Part shown: piece after piece, positions 1-10,600 of the stretch
Layout: every line of letters begins with the position of its first letter
Numbering within the stretch: position 1 is the stretch's first letter
Program-made: the position numbers and the translations under genes
The notes under the pieces: generated by a model
The model's input: the letters and a program-made list of their open reading frames with translations, nothing else
Database searches by the model: none
What the model was told of the DNA's origin: nothing
DNA from: Ginkgo biloba
Lineage: Eukaryota; Plantae; Ginkgophyta
Length of the DNA stretch: 20,748 nucleotides
Assembly (NCBI GenBank): GCA_024626585.2
Contig: JANKJI020000002.1
Span: 39,603,933 to 39,624,680, forward strand
Direction: 5' to 3'

Positions 1-1560
1 TACACGCTTCAAAAATAATATCAATTCTCGATCCTCTGCCCACAATAGTTTGTGCCAACTCATGGTCCATCACTCGAATAGTGATTTTTGTTGCATGATC
101 CTTTCATAGTTGACCTATCAACAAGGAGTCTACACCTAAAACATTGTCCACCTCCACATCATTTCTTATCGGTAGCCTTGTGACTGCAAATTCTGCTACA
201 ATGGTGGGTCTTGTCAACATTTGAACTGGTCCAACCTTCTGCAATTCTCTTGCACTTGTTGGACCATCGCTTCAACCATATTCAAAATATATGCAAGAAG
301 TGTTGCCAACTCTTTCCTATTGTTGCTTATCTTAACCTAAGCGGCCCCGTCACCTAGTCCTCTTCATGTATGTGCCCCCCAAGGTTGCTTATGATAGCTC
401 TTCCTTCTACAAATATATGATGAGCAGTTTCCAACAATTCTTTTTCCAGGATAGCTCCAAATATTGTAACTTAGTCTTTACCTTACTCTAAGCATCCACT
501 ATAAAGGAATTATCACCTTTAATTAACTCTATGTGCACAAAATGATATTCTCTTTATGTCAAGGACAATTCTTGTTGTCATGATCTCTGGGTCCATGCCA
601 ATTATATAATTTGGCATCTCCTTTATTCTATTGTGGACAATCTCTAACAAAATGTCCTCATTCTTAACATTTGCAACATTGTATGATTAAACATCTTGAT
701 GGATCATAATTGACACATCCCTCGAGATCTTAAATCAGTCTCTGAATTTGATTGGAACGAATGTTCCTATAACCATTACCCCTTGTTTCTCGTTTCACAT
801 ATCAAGTTTTGGGGTTAGGACTTCATTGTCTGCAAAATAGATTTGTGTATCAAATGTTTGTTATTTATTCTTGGCATTCAAATTACTTTCATCTGTACCA
901 TGATTCTCAACTTTACATATATCACAATACTTACTTGGCTTGGGATAGATTCTCCAAGTGACCTTCAACTTTGCATTTTGTTCCCCATATTTCTTTTTAC
1001 TCCCACTCTTGCAAGGACAGCTCCTTCATTGTATTCATCATATCTTCAAACAAGGCTGCAATTGAAGACTTGTCATATTTTCCTCTACTTGAAGACTTTC
1101 CCTAGCAGAAGTCTGTCTTTTCCTAGAAAGCTTCAGCACCCAATTAACAGCTTCATTGTAGGAAGCAGGTGGAACCAACTTCATCTTCCACTTATATTTT
1201 GTCAGCAGACAATCCACAGAACATTGTCACTCCTATCCTTGAGTCACCTCAGAGTCCATATTTTCCATCAATGTTTTCAATTGACAACAATATAAACAAA
1301 CACTTTCTTCTCGCTTCTGCTTCAGATTATAAACTTCATCAAGGACTTCACCATCATCAAACAGATAAAACTTCTTTCACAAAAACTGACATTCCCTAAA
1401 ATGACCAATAGGAAATTCCTTGTAGCAGTCATTAACGATATGCCACAATGTTGCTGGGAATGACTTCATACAATAATTCTTGCCCTCCTGCACATTAGCC
1501 ATCCATATCATCTTTTGCAAAAGGTGGAGTTCCACTCATCCTTGGCACATTCTGCCCACT
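1..1560 (-). mobile_element. Decayed Ty3/gypsy (non-chromovirus, Athila/Tat/Phygy-like) Gag and start of aspartic protease
   Basis: Minus-strand translation across stops and frameshifts gives the Gag core IWMAN...SFPATLWHIVNDCYKEF (about 1398-1510), then EVYNLKQKREESV...KMKLVPPASYNEA. CCHC knuckles follow (CDICKVENH at 900-926; CCKC*E*GHFVRDCP at 634-678), then a degenerate protease motif TIVGRGSRIDIIFE at 8-49 (cf. IVDGGSGVNII). The element runs off the left edge. Confidence 0.85.
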
Positions 1561-2449
1561 TGACACACTTCTTCCAATGTCTCTGATGAACATTAATATG
1601 TTGTTATTGACAAACCTCCTCTACTACTGTCACTGACAGACACCAAGCCCCGTGCTAGATTTAATCATTGAAATGTTTCATGCTCTTCGGTTTGCCGCCA
1701 CAAACTCACTCTCTGAGGCCTCTAATAGACTTTGCTGAATTGGGTCATTGGTATTCTCCCTTTGGTCGGTGCCCCCACGTTCGTTGTTGTCCTCCGTAGG
1801 ACTAGTTCCAGATCAAAATTTAGCTTTTTGCATAGGCCAGTAACTTTGCTCTACAGAGGTAACATGCATTCACTATCATAAGTTTAGTTCTACCTTGAAG
1901 TTTTGCATATATGTACAACTGAAATGTCAATTCCAAAATTCAGTATACTTAAATGTATTTTACCACTGAAAAATGCTCAAAAATGGTCTATCTGATGCAT
2001 GTATACATGGAATGTCAATATACAAGTGTTAGCATGGCATATTCATGAAATATACTGCTGAAAACACATGCAAAACATTGCTAGAATGTACTGCAAGACA
2101 CCTACCTTATGTGTTGAAACTCTAACACTATCTTTCGTGGAATCTATTGGGGATATGGATGCCTAGTTGGCAGTAGAGCAATGCCTAAAGCCTCTATTCT
2201 TAACTGACAATATCAATTCAATGATTTTTCCCTATTTTGATCTAAAATTTCTTGAGAAGCATAAATGAATGAACACAAGCACACACCAATTTGACTCTTG
2301 TAAGTGCACTAGGCCCAGTATGCCACTTAGTAAGGTAGGGGTTAACTTCTCATTCTTGTTATGAATGCATATCTTGTTCCTTCCATGATATTGTCCTGTG
2401 CCAATCAAGCAGAACTAGAGATTCTGAGTTCTTAACACTCAAGAGTGTT

Positions 2450-2570
2450 TCCCCTATAAAGTTGCCATTTGTTGTGCCCTCTTACAAACATGCCCTAATT
2501 TCCTAAGTATAAATTGGAGATCCTCTTATGAGCTTAAATCTAAAGGTGCATGTGCATCCTTTAATGATGT
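2450..2570 (-). mobile_element. Degenerate tRNA-Arg primer-binding site (2450-2467) and adjacent 3' end of a 5' LTR (from 2470 into the gap)
   Basis: Minus strand reads ...caaCA aa TGGCAACTTTATAGGGGA versus TGGCGACTCCGCTGGGGA (complement of the plant tRNA-Arg 3' end): 12/18 match, and 5 of 6 mismatches are transitions. Orientation is correct, upstream of the Gag at 1-1560. Confidence 0.55.
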
Positions 2571-3489
2571 NNNNNNNNNNNNNNNNNNNNNNNNNNNNNN
2601 NNNNNNNNNNNNNNNNNNNNNNNNNNNNNNNNNNNNNNNNNNNNNNNNNNNNNNNNNNNNNNNNNNNNNNGGAGTGTGAGGGATATTTATGTTCATCCCT
2701 TCTGTAGATTTTGGAACTATGAAATGAAATTGTACCAGAAATGTTTTATCAGTATTGTGTAGGCACTAGAGCAAATGAAAATGAATTTTGAAAATCGTTG
2801 AAGTGTAGGACAATGTCGATGAAGATCTCATATCCACAAAAAAAAGAAGCTAGTGCCCCCAAGTCCAAAATCTAAATGGAAAAGTGACTGTAGAGGAGGA
2901 TGATGAGAGATGTACGGAAAAATGTATGCAAGCTAAAATTATGAAAATATGCCTTGTACTCAATGATATGACTCTGTTATGACTATGATGTCTTGATAAC
3001 CAACATGATTTGGCCTCATGGATGCAATATAATGTATATTGGCTGCGTAACTACTCAATGATAAAATGATGTGATGTACCTCTGTCATTGGAATCTATAG
3101 CTGCATCTATGAATGATAAGTGCTAATGCTCTCCATATGAATTAGCCGTATGAGTGATCTAGAGATGATGTGACTGTGAATGAAAGTTGCCTGGGCATGT
3201 ATGCCAAAATGAAAAAGATCGTTGAGCTAATGAATAAAATATGGTAATGCAAAGGGACTACTGGATTCCTAAAAAGAGAGTTAGCTATAAAATATGCAGC
3301 AAATACAAATGTAATTTACTGTGAGCAATAGAGATATATATGTTTTTTTATTGATATAAGAAGTCAAATGAACACTATGTAGCTAAGCATCTTGCATGAT
3401 GTTCTCTGATTGGAATTGTTGGCTATGGATATCATTATAGTGGCGATCATTGTTGAATGTATTATAATGTGCAAGTATACGTACTGGTC

Positions 3490-3887
3490 TGTAACACCTA
3501 CAGAGAGACAAGAAAATCCTCAGATATGAGATGGGTAGAGCCCCTAAAACTGATAAGAAAGTGGAACCTTCTAGTGGATGTGCGAACAAAAGGAACCGTA
3601 ATGCAGGGACTGCTCCACTAGTGACACCTGTTTCTTTAGTTGTTTTATATCAAAATATTACAGCGTTGGGCCCTTGTGGTATAATTTTTTCAAATTCATC
3701 TCTGCTTTTGTATATATCTCAGTCAAATACGTTTATTTGTATAGATGAGATAGGTTAGTTACTTTTCTCTATCTTATTCAAGGATGATAGAACTTGGTGT
3801 TTTGGGCAATCCATCCCTGCCATCCTGTCTTGTTGTAAAGTATGTAATTCTACTTATCTAATCAAAGTGTCTTTTCCAAAAAAAAAA
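3490..3887 (+). mobile_element. Possible 3' end of a retroposed (LINE-like) insertion ending in A10
   Basis: T-rich UTR-like stretch ending tgtaattctacttatctaatcaaagtgtcttttccA10 (3878-3887). No TSD or coding motif was found, and the left boundary is a guess. Confidence 0.25.
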
Positions 3888-4125
3888 TATGTTGCGAGTG
3901 ATAAAATACTGTGCAACTGTGATGGTTCATGATTGTTTTTAAAGACCATTCTCTGTACAATGGCCTCAGCTATTCATGAGATCACATGGAAGTAAATCTT
4001 TTGTCAGAGCGCAGAACCTTACTAGGGATGATGCAACTAAACAAATGGTATGATATCCATGGGCTATGCCAAAAGGGCCACTAAAGCACATAGATGAATA
4101 TTGCAGCTATAGGACTGCTTTAGAT

Positions 4126-4257
4126 GCATATATGTCCACCTGAGCAGCTTATAGGCATGATCATGCCTGCCTAGCTAACAGCATCATGAAGTAAAAGGTG
4201 ACTATATGTCAAGGTAGCTTATAGCATGATGAAGTATAAGGTGAATGCATGCTTGAC
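4126..4257. repeat. Degenerate ~43-bp tandem duplication with an embedded 16-bp palindrome
   Basis: tagctaacagcatcatgaagtaaaaggtga (4172) resembles tagcttatagcatgatgaagtataaggtga (4215). A partial earlier unit tatatgtc..cagcttataggcatgat starts at 4129. The palindrome aggcatgatcatgcct is at 4153-4168. Confidence 0.65.
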
Positions 4258-4925
4258 CAGCACATTGCAAACCTTTTCCATCCATGAAAGATTAGTGGAA
4301 GTGCAGAATTTCAAGATGGCTTGGCCAGTGAGAAATGGACAAATCATGGAATCACAACCCTGCCACTAGAGGTTGATGGAGTACTAATGAGAAAACAATT
4401 TCCACTAGGTGATCAGACTGGTAAAGCCCAGTGTGCTGTTGCAGTGTTGTGAAATGAAGAAAGGCCAGTTATGAAGCTAGGTAAACTTAACACCTCTTGT
4501 AAACGATAAAAGGCTGCAGCTATAAATTCAACAAACTAGCAATAAGTAGCCAGACAAGCCCCCTATGTACTGTAGTGTGGAAGACAATTACAACGATGAA
4601 TTTTACCTATTATGGGCCCAGTATAATCTGTGGTTACATGGTTTGCAGCAAACATTCAATTATGCAATGAAAGTACAAAAACCTAGAATGAGAAAACAAA
4701 AGATTAAAAAAAAATGGAATTAGAGATATTACTCTAGTTGGTGCAGCTGTCCCAATGATTCTTGAGGTTTTTGTGCTCAAATGACAACTGTCAAATATTC
4801 ACGCTGTCTCAAATGCTTGCATAAANNNNNNNNNNNNNNNNNNNNNNNNNNNNNNNNNNNNNNNNNNNNNNNNNNNNNNNNNNNNNNNNNNNNNNNNNNN
4901 NNNNNNNNNNNNNNNNNNNNNNNNN

Positions 4926-6529
4926 TGAGATATAAGTCAGGGAAGTTAAACAAAGTGATGGATGCCTTAAGCTAGAGGATGACATTGCTAACAACAATAA
5001 AAAATAAAGTCATTCGCTTCATGTTAGTGAGGGATAGGTATGTGACTAGTAAGGATTTTTTACAAGCATATGTATATGCAAAGGAACCAACATTCGATAA
5101 TGGAAATCTCTATGGAGAATATTTTTTGTAGGATGGATACCTATTTAGAGGCCAATAATTATGTATTCTAGATAAAATCTTGACAGAACACATCATCAAA
5201 GAGTTGCACAGTATAGGACTGGGNNNNNNNNNNNNNNNNNNNNNNNNNNNNNNNNNNNNNNNNNNNNNNNNNNNNNNNNNNNNNNNNNNNNNNNNNNNNN
5301 NNNNNNNNNNNNNNNNNNNNNNNNNNNNNNNNNNNNNNNAGTTGCTAAAGGAGGATCTCAGAATGTGGGACTCTACATACCACTACTTATCTTAGAAGCA
5401 TTGTGGATAGATATCTCCATGGATTTTGTTTTGGGTTTGCTAAACACTCAAAGGGAAAATAACTCAATTTTTATGGTGGTAGATAGATTCTCCAAAATGG
5501 CACACTTCATACTATGTAGAAAGGCCAATGATGCAGAGAAGATAGAAAAAATATTATTTAAAGAAGTAGTTCGATTGCAAGGACTACTAAAGAATATTAC
5601 CTCTGATAGGGATAGTAAATTCCTAACCCATTTTTGGAGCACATTGTGGAGGAAGTTGGGCACCAAGCTTAACTATAGTAGCACATACCATTTGTAGATA
5701 GATGGGTAGACTGAATCTATGAACAGATCACTAGGAAATCTTCTAAGAAGTTTGGTAGGTGACAAACCTAGGTGATGGGATCAAGTCCTAGCATAGGCAA
5801 AATTTACTTTTAATAGCTCAATGAATAGATCAACACACATGGCACCATTCTAGATAGTATTTGGGTGAATACCAAAGACTATAGTAGACCTGGTTGATAT
5901 TCTAATTGGAGAGTGAGTCAGTGACGATCCATAGACCATGGAAGAAAGTCTAAAGTAGACCCATGAAGAGGTAAAGAGACATTTGTCAGAGAGCAACACT
6001 CATTACAAGTGTGCCACATACCAACATCAAAGGCATAAGGAGTTTGAGGTTGGTGACTTAGTGATGGTCTTCCTTAGAAAGGATAGATTTTTTATAGGCA
6101 CTTACAACAAACTAAAATATAAGAAAATTGAATCATGTTAGATAGTCAAGAAATTCAATGAGAGTGCTTACGAAGTGAACTTGCCAGTCGCATATGAAAT
6201 TTATCCTACTTTTAATATGGAATATTTGTATCCATATCCTGGTGATGATAGGCCAGAATAAGTGGTAGGGGTTGATTGGAAATACCAGCTACTGAGGAAG
6301 AAGAAGGAGAGAGTGAAATCTATATTGGACAAAAAGACTATGAAGACCAAGAGGGGAAGCTACAACNNNNNNNNNNNNNNNNNNNNNNNNNNNNNNNGGA
6401 AGGATTGTCCCAAGGAGAATACACGTGGATCATAAGGAAGAACTTTGGTTCTTAGATGAAGAGAAATGGATTTTTTTTTAAGATGAATGCTTGCAGGAGG
6501 ACCTATAACTTTTTGTTAGTAGGGAATGT
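4926..6529 (+). mobile_element. Decayed CRM-clade chromovirus pol: RNase H end, integrase, GPY/F region, chromodomain and PPT
   Basis: RYKSGKLNKVMDALS*R marks the RNase H end. Integrase core reads [85 protein letters not shown]. Then FEVGDLVMVFLRKDRF..GTYNKLK...AYEVNLP...PTFN, and chromodomain-like VKSILDKKTMKTKRGSY[gap]GLSQGEYTWI. A short purine-rich tract agtagggaa precedes TGATG. There are many premature stops. Confidence 0.93.
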
Positions 6530-7955
6530 TGATGCGGGAGCATCACAGTTGCACCTTGACAGAGTGCACAATTTTAGATGTCGAAGAAAGAAGTAATTAT
6601 TATATACCAGATTTATGTCATTTTTTGGTAAACTAATAATATTATGCAAAGAATTTATGTTAGTGAAACGATTAGGAAATTGACACTATCGATGGGGAAT
6701 ATTTAGAGGTCGATGTTGTTAGTGAGGAATGTGCCAGAGGCTGACACCGTCGGTGAAAGTTTGACTAACATTGTCAGCAAGGAGAAGTGCATGTTGGTAG
6801 GAAACTATTGGGCTTGAAATCATCATCGAAGGTGAACACTCACATCTTTGATTATAACTTTGGTTGCCTACATCATCGATGGGATAGAACAAGAAAATAT
6901 GTTGTCAATAGAGATTGACATCACTTGACCAACACTGGCTTACTTAGAGAACCTATGTTAGTGGCTGAGGATACAACTAATAATAGCATGAAATAATATG
7001 TCAGAGGACTAGAGTTGGAAGGTTGCATCAAAGGCCAATGACAAAAATATTTGTGTTAGACTAAAGCATGATCGAATTATCTCAGGTGCATCCACCAGCA
7101 AGGCCGCTTAAAAAATACCTGCAGAGGGACATTGCTAGTAGAAAATAGTATTAAATGATTCATCTACTAGGAGGCTAAGGGAGGTAGATATGAAGAAGGT
7201 GAGGCCATATAAATCTATTGCAAGCATTAATGGCAAGGAATGTTGCTAGCATTAAATCTCACTAAACCCAGCCATTGAGACAGGGGAACGTTGGCGCATA
7301 AAACCTCTAGTAGTAGTTTGAAGCTTGGTTATAAAATATGAGCCAGTTGAAGAATAGGGGGGTTGGAGAGTTGAGCACTAAAGTGTTATGCTATTGAATT
7401 TTAGGGTGAATTACAAAGAAAGGGGATTGGAGATCGATATGCCCAGCAGGATAAAAGCTTTGAATTGCTAATAGGATTATTGGAAGGAGAACCCTGGATC
7501 GAGTCTACCTGCTGAACTGAAGTGAGGAGGCCACGGGGAATTGAGAGGAATGAACGCAAAAGCTAAGAATTGAGGTGTGGATTATGAGGTCTGATGCCCT
7601 AACCAAGCCTATAAGGTGAAGAAAATGCTTGAGTCGGCAAGTGCGTAGCTAAGGAAAAGGGGCAGTCAGCACAGTCGTAAGGCTCACGAGAAGATTGCGG
7701 AGGGAGGCAACTCGAGCTTCAACGGATTGGTCGGGGGAATTGGTCCCCTAAATTGTTGTAACGACCTTCGTTAGAGAGGATTGGCCGTGGAGTCGTTGTA
7801 ATTAATTGTGCTGATTGGTTTCTTAATAATACCTGGAGTTTTATTCCTCGAGAGGGTTTCTCCAGTTCAAAACCCTGTGCCATTGTCTTTCATGCACTTG
7901 TATTCATTTAAAAGATTAATTTGCAGCATCGAGGTGAATTGGTTTTAATACATCG
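6530..7955 (+). mobile_element. 3' LTR (~1.43 kb) of the CRM element
   Basis: Begins TGATG right after the PPT, the typical CRM terminus, and ends CATCG (expected CATCA). TATA-like TATAAAA at about 7330. U5-like gggtttctccagttcaaaaccctgtg at about 7855-7880. Confidence 0.75.
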
Positions 7956-7959
7956 GGGT

Positions 7960-8212
7960 AGTGATCCACTAATGTGAGCTTGCACCAACAAGCCCTCTGA
8001 CTCGCCGATGTCGTCAGCAAAGGGTGTCGTCAGTTAGATCCTAGAAGCGTGGGCATGGTCGCCAACACCGGGAGGGACACACCGACATCCGTCGGTGGGC
8101 CGTGGGTTACTCCCCATCGATGCGGCTCAGTCTGACATATGACACGCTGAAGCACGGACATTGCTCATGCCTGCTTTGTCGCCCAACCCTGCTACTGTGT
8201 CAGTGGATCACT
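7960..8212. mobile_element. 253-bp GC/CpG-rich MITE-like element with terminal inverted repeats
   Basis: AGTGATCCACT (7960-7970) and AGTGGATCACT (8202-8212) are perfect 11-bp inverted repeats. The match extends to about 17 bp allowing mirrored transition decay (aatgtg vs gacaca from an ancestral gacgcg). Central hairpin caccgac-atcc-gtcggtg at 8080-8097. No TSD seen. Confidence 0.6.
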
Positions 8213-8704
8213 CAAGGTTTCCAACCACAGACTATACAAGTCCTAGGGATAGCCTTCAGAAGGCATCATAGAAATATTTATTGTCCCTTAGAGACCCAAC
8301 TAGATGCCTCTTCCTACTGGAAGTGAATTGTCCAAGATCCTTTCTACTGATGATGCAATATTGTCATCTATGCAATTTTATTGAAGAGTGCCTTAAAAAT
8401 TTCAATGGGAAAAACTTTGGCTTATGATCATGTTTTTCCATGCATATTGCTTCCTATGGATGAGAATTATCCCATTATTTTGGTGCATGTTGCACGCCAA
8501 TTGCAAGCTTCTACACAAAGTAATCTATACATGTATAGAGGCTAGTCTACAGAGAACTGTTAGTAGCAATTTTGATGCAATAGTTGAGCAATTGTCTTGG
8601 GACTTGCCCAACTTCAAGATTTGCACAAAGTTCAGGACTTCCACACATTTAGGACTTGCTCCAGTTAGTTGGCAGTTGGGCAGTTGCCAACGGATGTAAT
8701 TACA

Positions 8705-9945
8705 TGTGACAGTGGAAAGGTGGTACCTTTTTCCCATATAAGGACCNNNNNNNNNNNNNNNNNNNNNNNNNNNNNNNNNNNNNNNNNNNNNNNNNNNNNN
8801 NNNNNNNNNNNNNNNNNNNNNNNNNNNNNNNNNNNNNNNNNNNNNNNNNNNNNNNNNNNNNNNNNNNNNNNNNNNNNNNNNNNNNNNNNNNNNNGCCATA
8901 TCTAATCCTATAACTCGGATCAAGCATATGCTTGATTAACATCTGGTGCCATTGTTAGTTTAGATTAGAATGGATTCTCCCAATCCCCTATGGTGACAAC
9001 ATTTGGATTGGAGTTGGGATTGAGGAAGACACTCCTAGTTGAGATGCTTTTCGACTATGGGGTTACTCATTCCATCTCACTACAAACATTATTGCTTTCA
9101 AGCAAAAGCAGAAGTCATTGCATAGTGGTGGAAGCAAGTGATGCATGCCCACTTTCTTCAAGAAGTAGACGATATGCAAGTTTCAGTCGAAAATCTGGAA
9201 GAACATTTCTATGCCAACAAAGATGTGGAGTGTCTCTTTGATACGATTCCATATCTATTTCAAGACTTCCTCAACCAACATAAGTTCATTCTTCTAGAAG
9301 AGAAGCTTGCAGCATGAGCATCTCCTAGACGTTTTGATGCCCCAATCATCTTTTCAGACTGGGATGCAATCACGCCAACCCTCAACTCTTATTGTTGCCC
9401 AAAAGGCAGGAGCATCTAATTCTCAAAATCCATTGTTGTATGATAGGAAAATGCTCACCTTTTTGTGGAAGATGTCAAACAACGCCTTGCATGCTTAAGT
9501 TTGTTGGATGAGACATTGGAGTCAAAAGATAGCATAGGCAATGTAAATCTAATTGAAGAGATGTGCAGAGGAGTTAAGATTGAAGGGAACAATTCGACGA
9601 GCCCTATTTAGTAAAGTCCATTAGGGAAGAAGGTTGTGGTTGTGGCCTAAGGAGAAGAGACAAAGGATTAAAAGCCATGACAAGCAAAGCGGCAGTAAAC
9701 ATCAAGGGAAGGTAGAAGACTGGTACTATTCCCATGGCGTCACCAAGAACGTTGGTTGAGAGGCAATGGTTGTTGATCTTTAAGGGGTAAGAGAATGAGG
9801 ACCGTGCAAGGCATTGCAATATTTGTGAAACAATATAGACAAGAAATTGCCCAATAGGAGGCTAACTAGTGGAACACTTTTTCGGCCACATTGTGGGGAA
9901 AAGCAAATGATTGGTACAAGGAGTTTACCAAAGGGCATTTTTGAT
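8705..9945 (+). mobile_element. 5' end of a second non-chromovirus gypsy element: short LTR (about 8705-8941), tRNA-Asp-type PBS (8944-8958), upstream reading frame and truncated Gag
   Basis: ...ttaaCA tc TGGTGCCATTGTTAG versus TGGCGCCGTTGCCGG: 10/15 match, and all mismatches are transitions. Gag at 9734-9941 reads MASPRTLVERQWLLIFKG*ENEDRARHCNICETI*T.N.../FSATLWGKANDWYKEFTKGHF, homologous to the minus-strand Gag at 1398-1510. The LTR left boundary (TGTGAC, 8705) is tentative and the LTR contains a gap. Confidence 0.75.
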
Positions 9946-10104
9946 GAACTATCATGTAAAAGCATGTACATTAGTGTATTTTCACTTTACTATAATTTTA
10001 CTTTNNNNNNNNNNNNNNNNNNNNNNNNNNNNNNNNNNNNNNNNNNNNNNNNNNNNNNNNNNNNNNNNNNNNNNNNNNNNNNNNNNNNNNNNNNNNNNNN
10101 NNNN

Positions 10105-10178
10105 GTTTTTTAACCCGGGTTGAAAAAGCGGAAAAAAACAATTTTTTTTTAAAAAGAATGGCGAATGTTGTGACTTAG
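10105..10178. mobile_element. Possible terminus of a hAT-like DNA transposon or MITE
   Basis: CpG-containing end gaatggcgaatgttgtgacttag and the palindrome aacccgggtt (10112-10121) flanked by T/A runs resemble plant hAT subterminal sequence. The other end would lie in the 100-N gap. Confidence 0.3.
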
Positions 10179-10594
10179 GCTATTTCTAAACCTATTACTC
10201 CAATCAAGCAAATGCTCAACAAACAAGAACCTAATATCTAATGCAAATCCCTAGTGTACTTACATTGAAGCAGAATGTGTGCTCCATCTTTACTTGACTA
10301 GCCTAGATGAACCCTTTCACACACAAATATCACCTACAAGCCTATATTTCTAACTGAGATTTAATAGTATGCATACATATCTCCTCAGTTCATTAGAATA
10401 GCATATGGCAGTAAAATATGAATGAAATACAAAGGGATGTACAAAATACCGTGCACCATTGGGAAGTTATCTACTTCAAAGGACATGGCACTTATATGAA
10501 GCCTTAATCAATCCACATCATACTTGACCTTACAGATGTAAACAAATCCAAACCACACACACACATGAATACAAAGTTGGGATATACTGCTGCT

Positions 10595-10600
10595 GCATAC
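10595..10600 (-). promoter_or_regulatory. 5' splice donor GTATGC
   Basis: AG|GTATGC on the minus strand, directly after the codons for HPED, where TPLATE similarity ends. Confidence 0.85.

Noticed and set aside
843-1399. Plus-strand 150-aa and 76-aa ORFs
   Set aside because: They are antisense shadows of the minus-strand Gag.
2671-3480. LTR-like AT-rich sequence with a TATA-like motif (also 19920-20748)
   Set aside because: No termini, PBS/PPT or second copy could be identified, so it is left unassigned.
8524-8539. 16-bp palindrome tctatacatgtataga
   Set aside because: It is AT-rich with no context, and roughly 0.5 such palindromes are expected by chance in a window this size.
9038-9079. 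VEMLFDYGVTHSIS as an aspartic protease site (cf. LFDSGATHSFIS) upstream of Gag
   Set aside because: It has DYG rather than D[ST]G, no downstream ILG motif, and the wrong position. I treat it as chance resemblance until a consensus is built.
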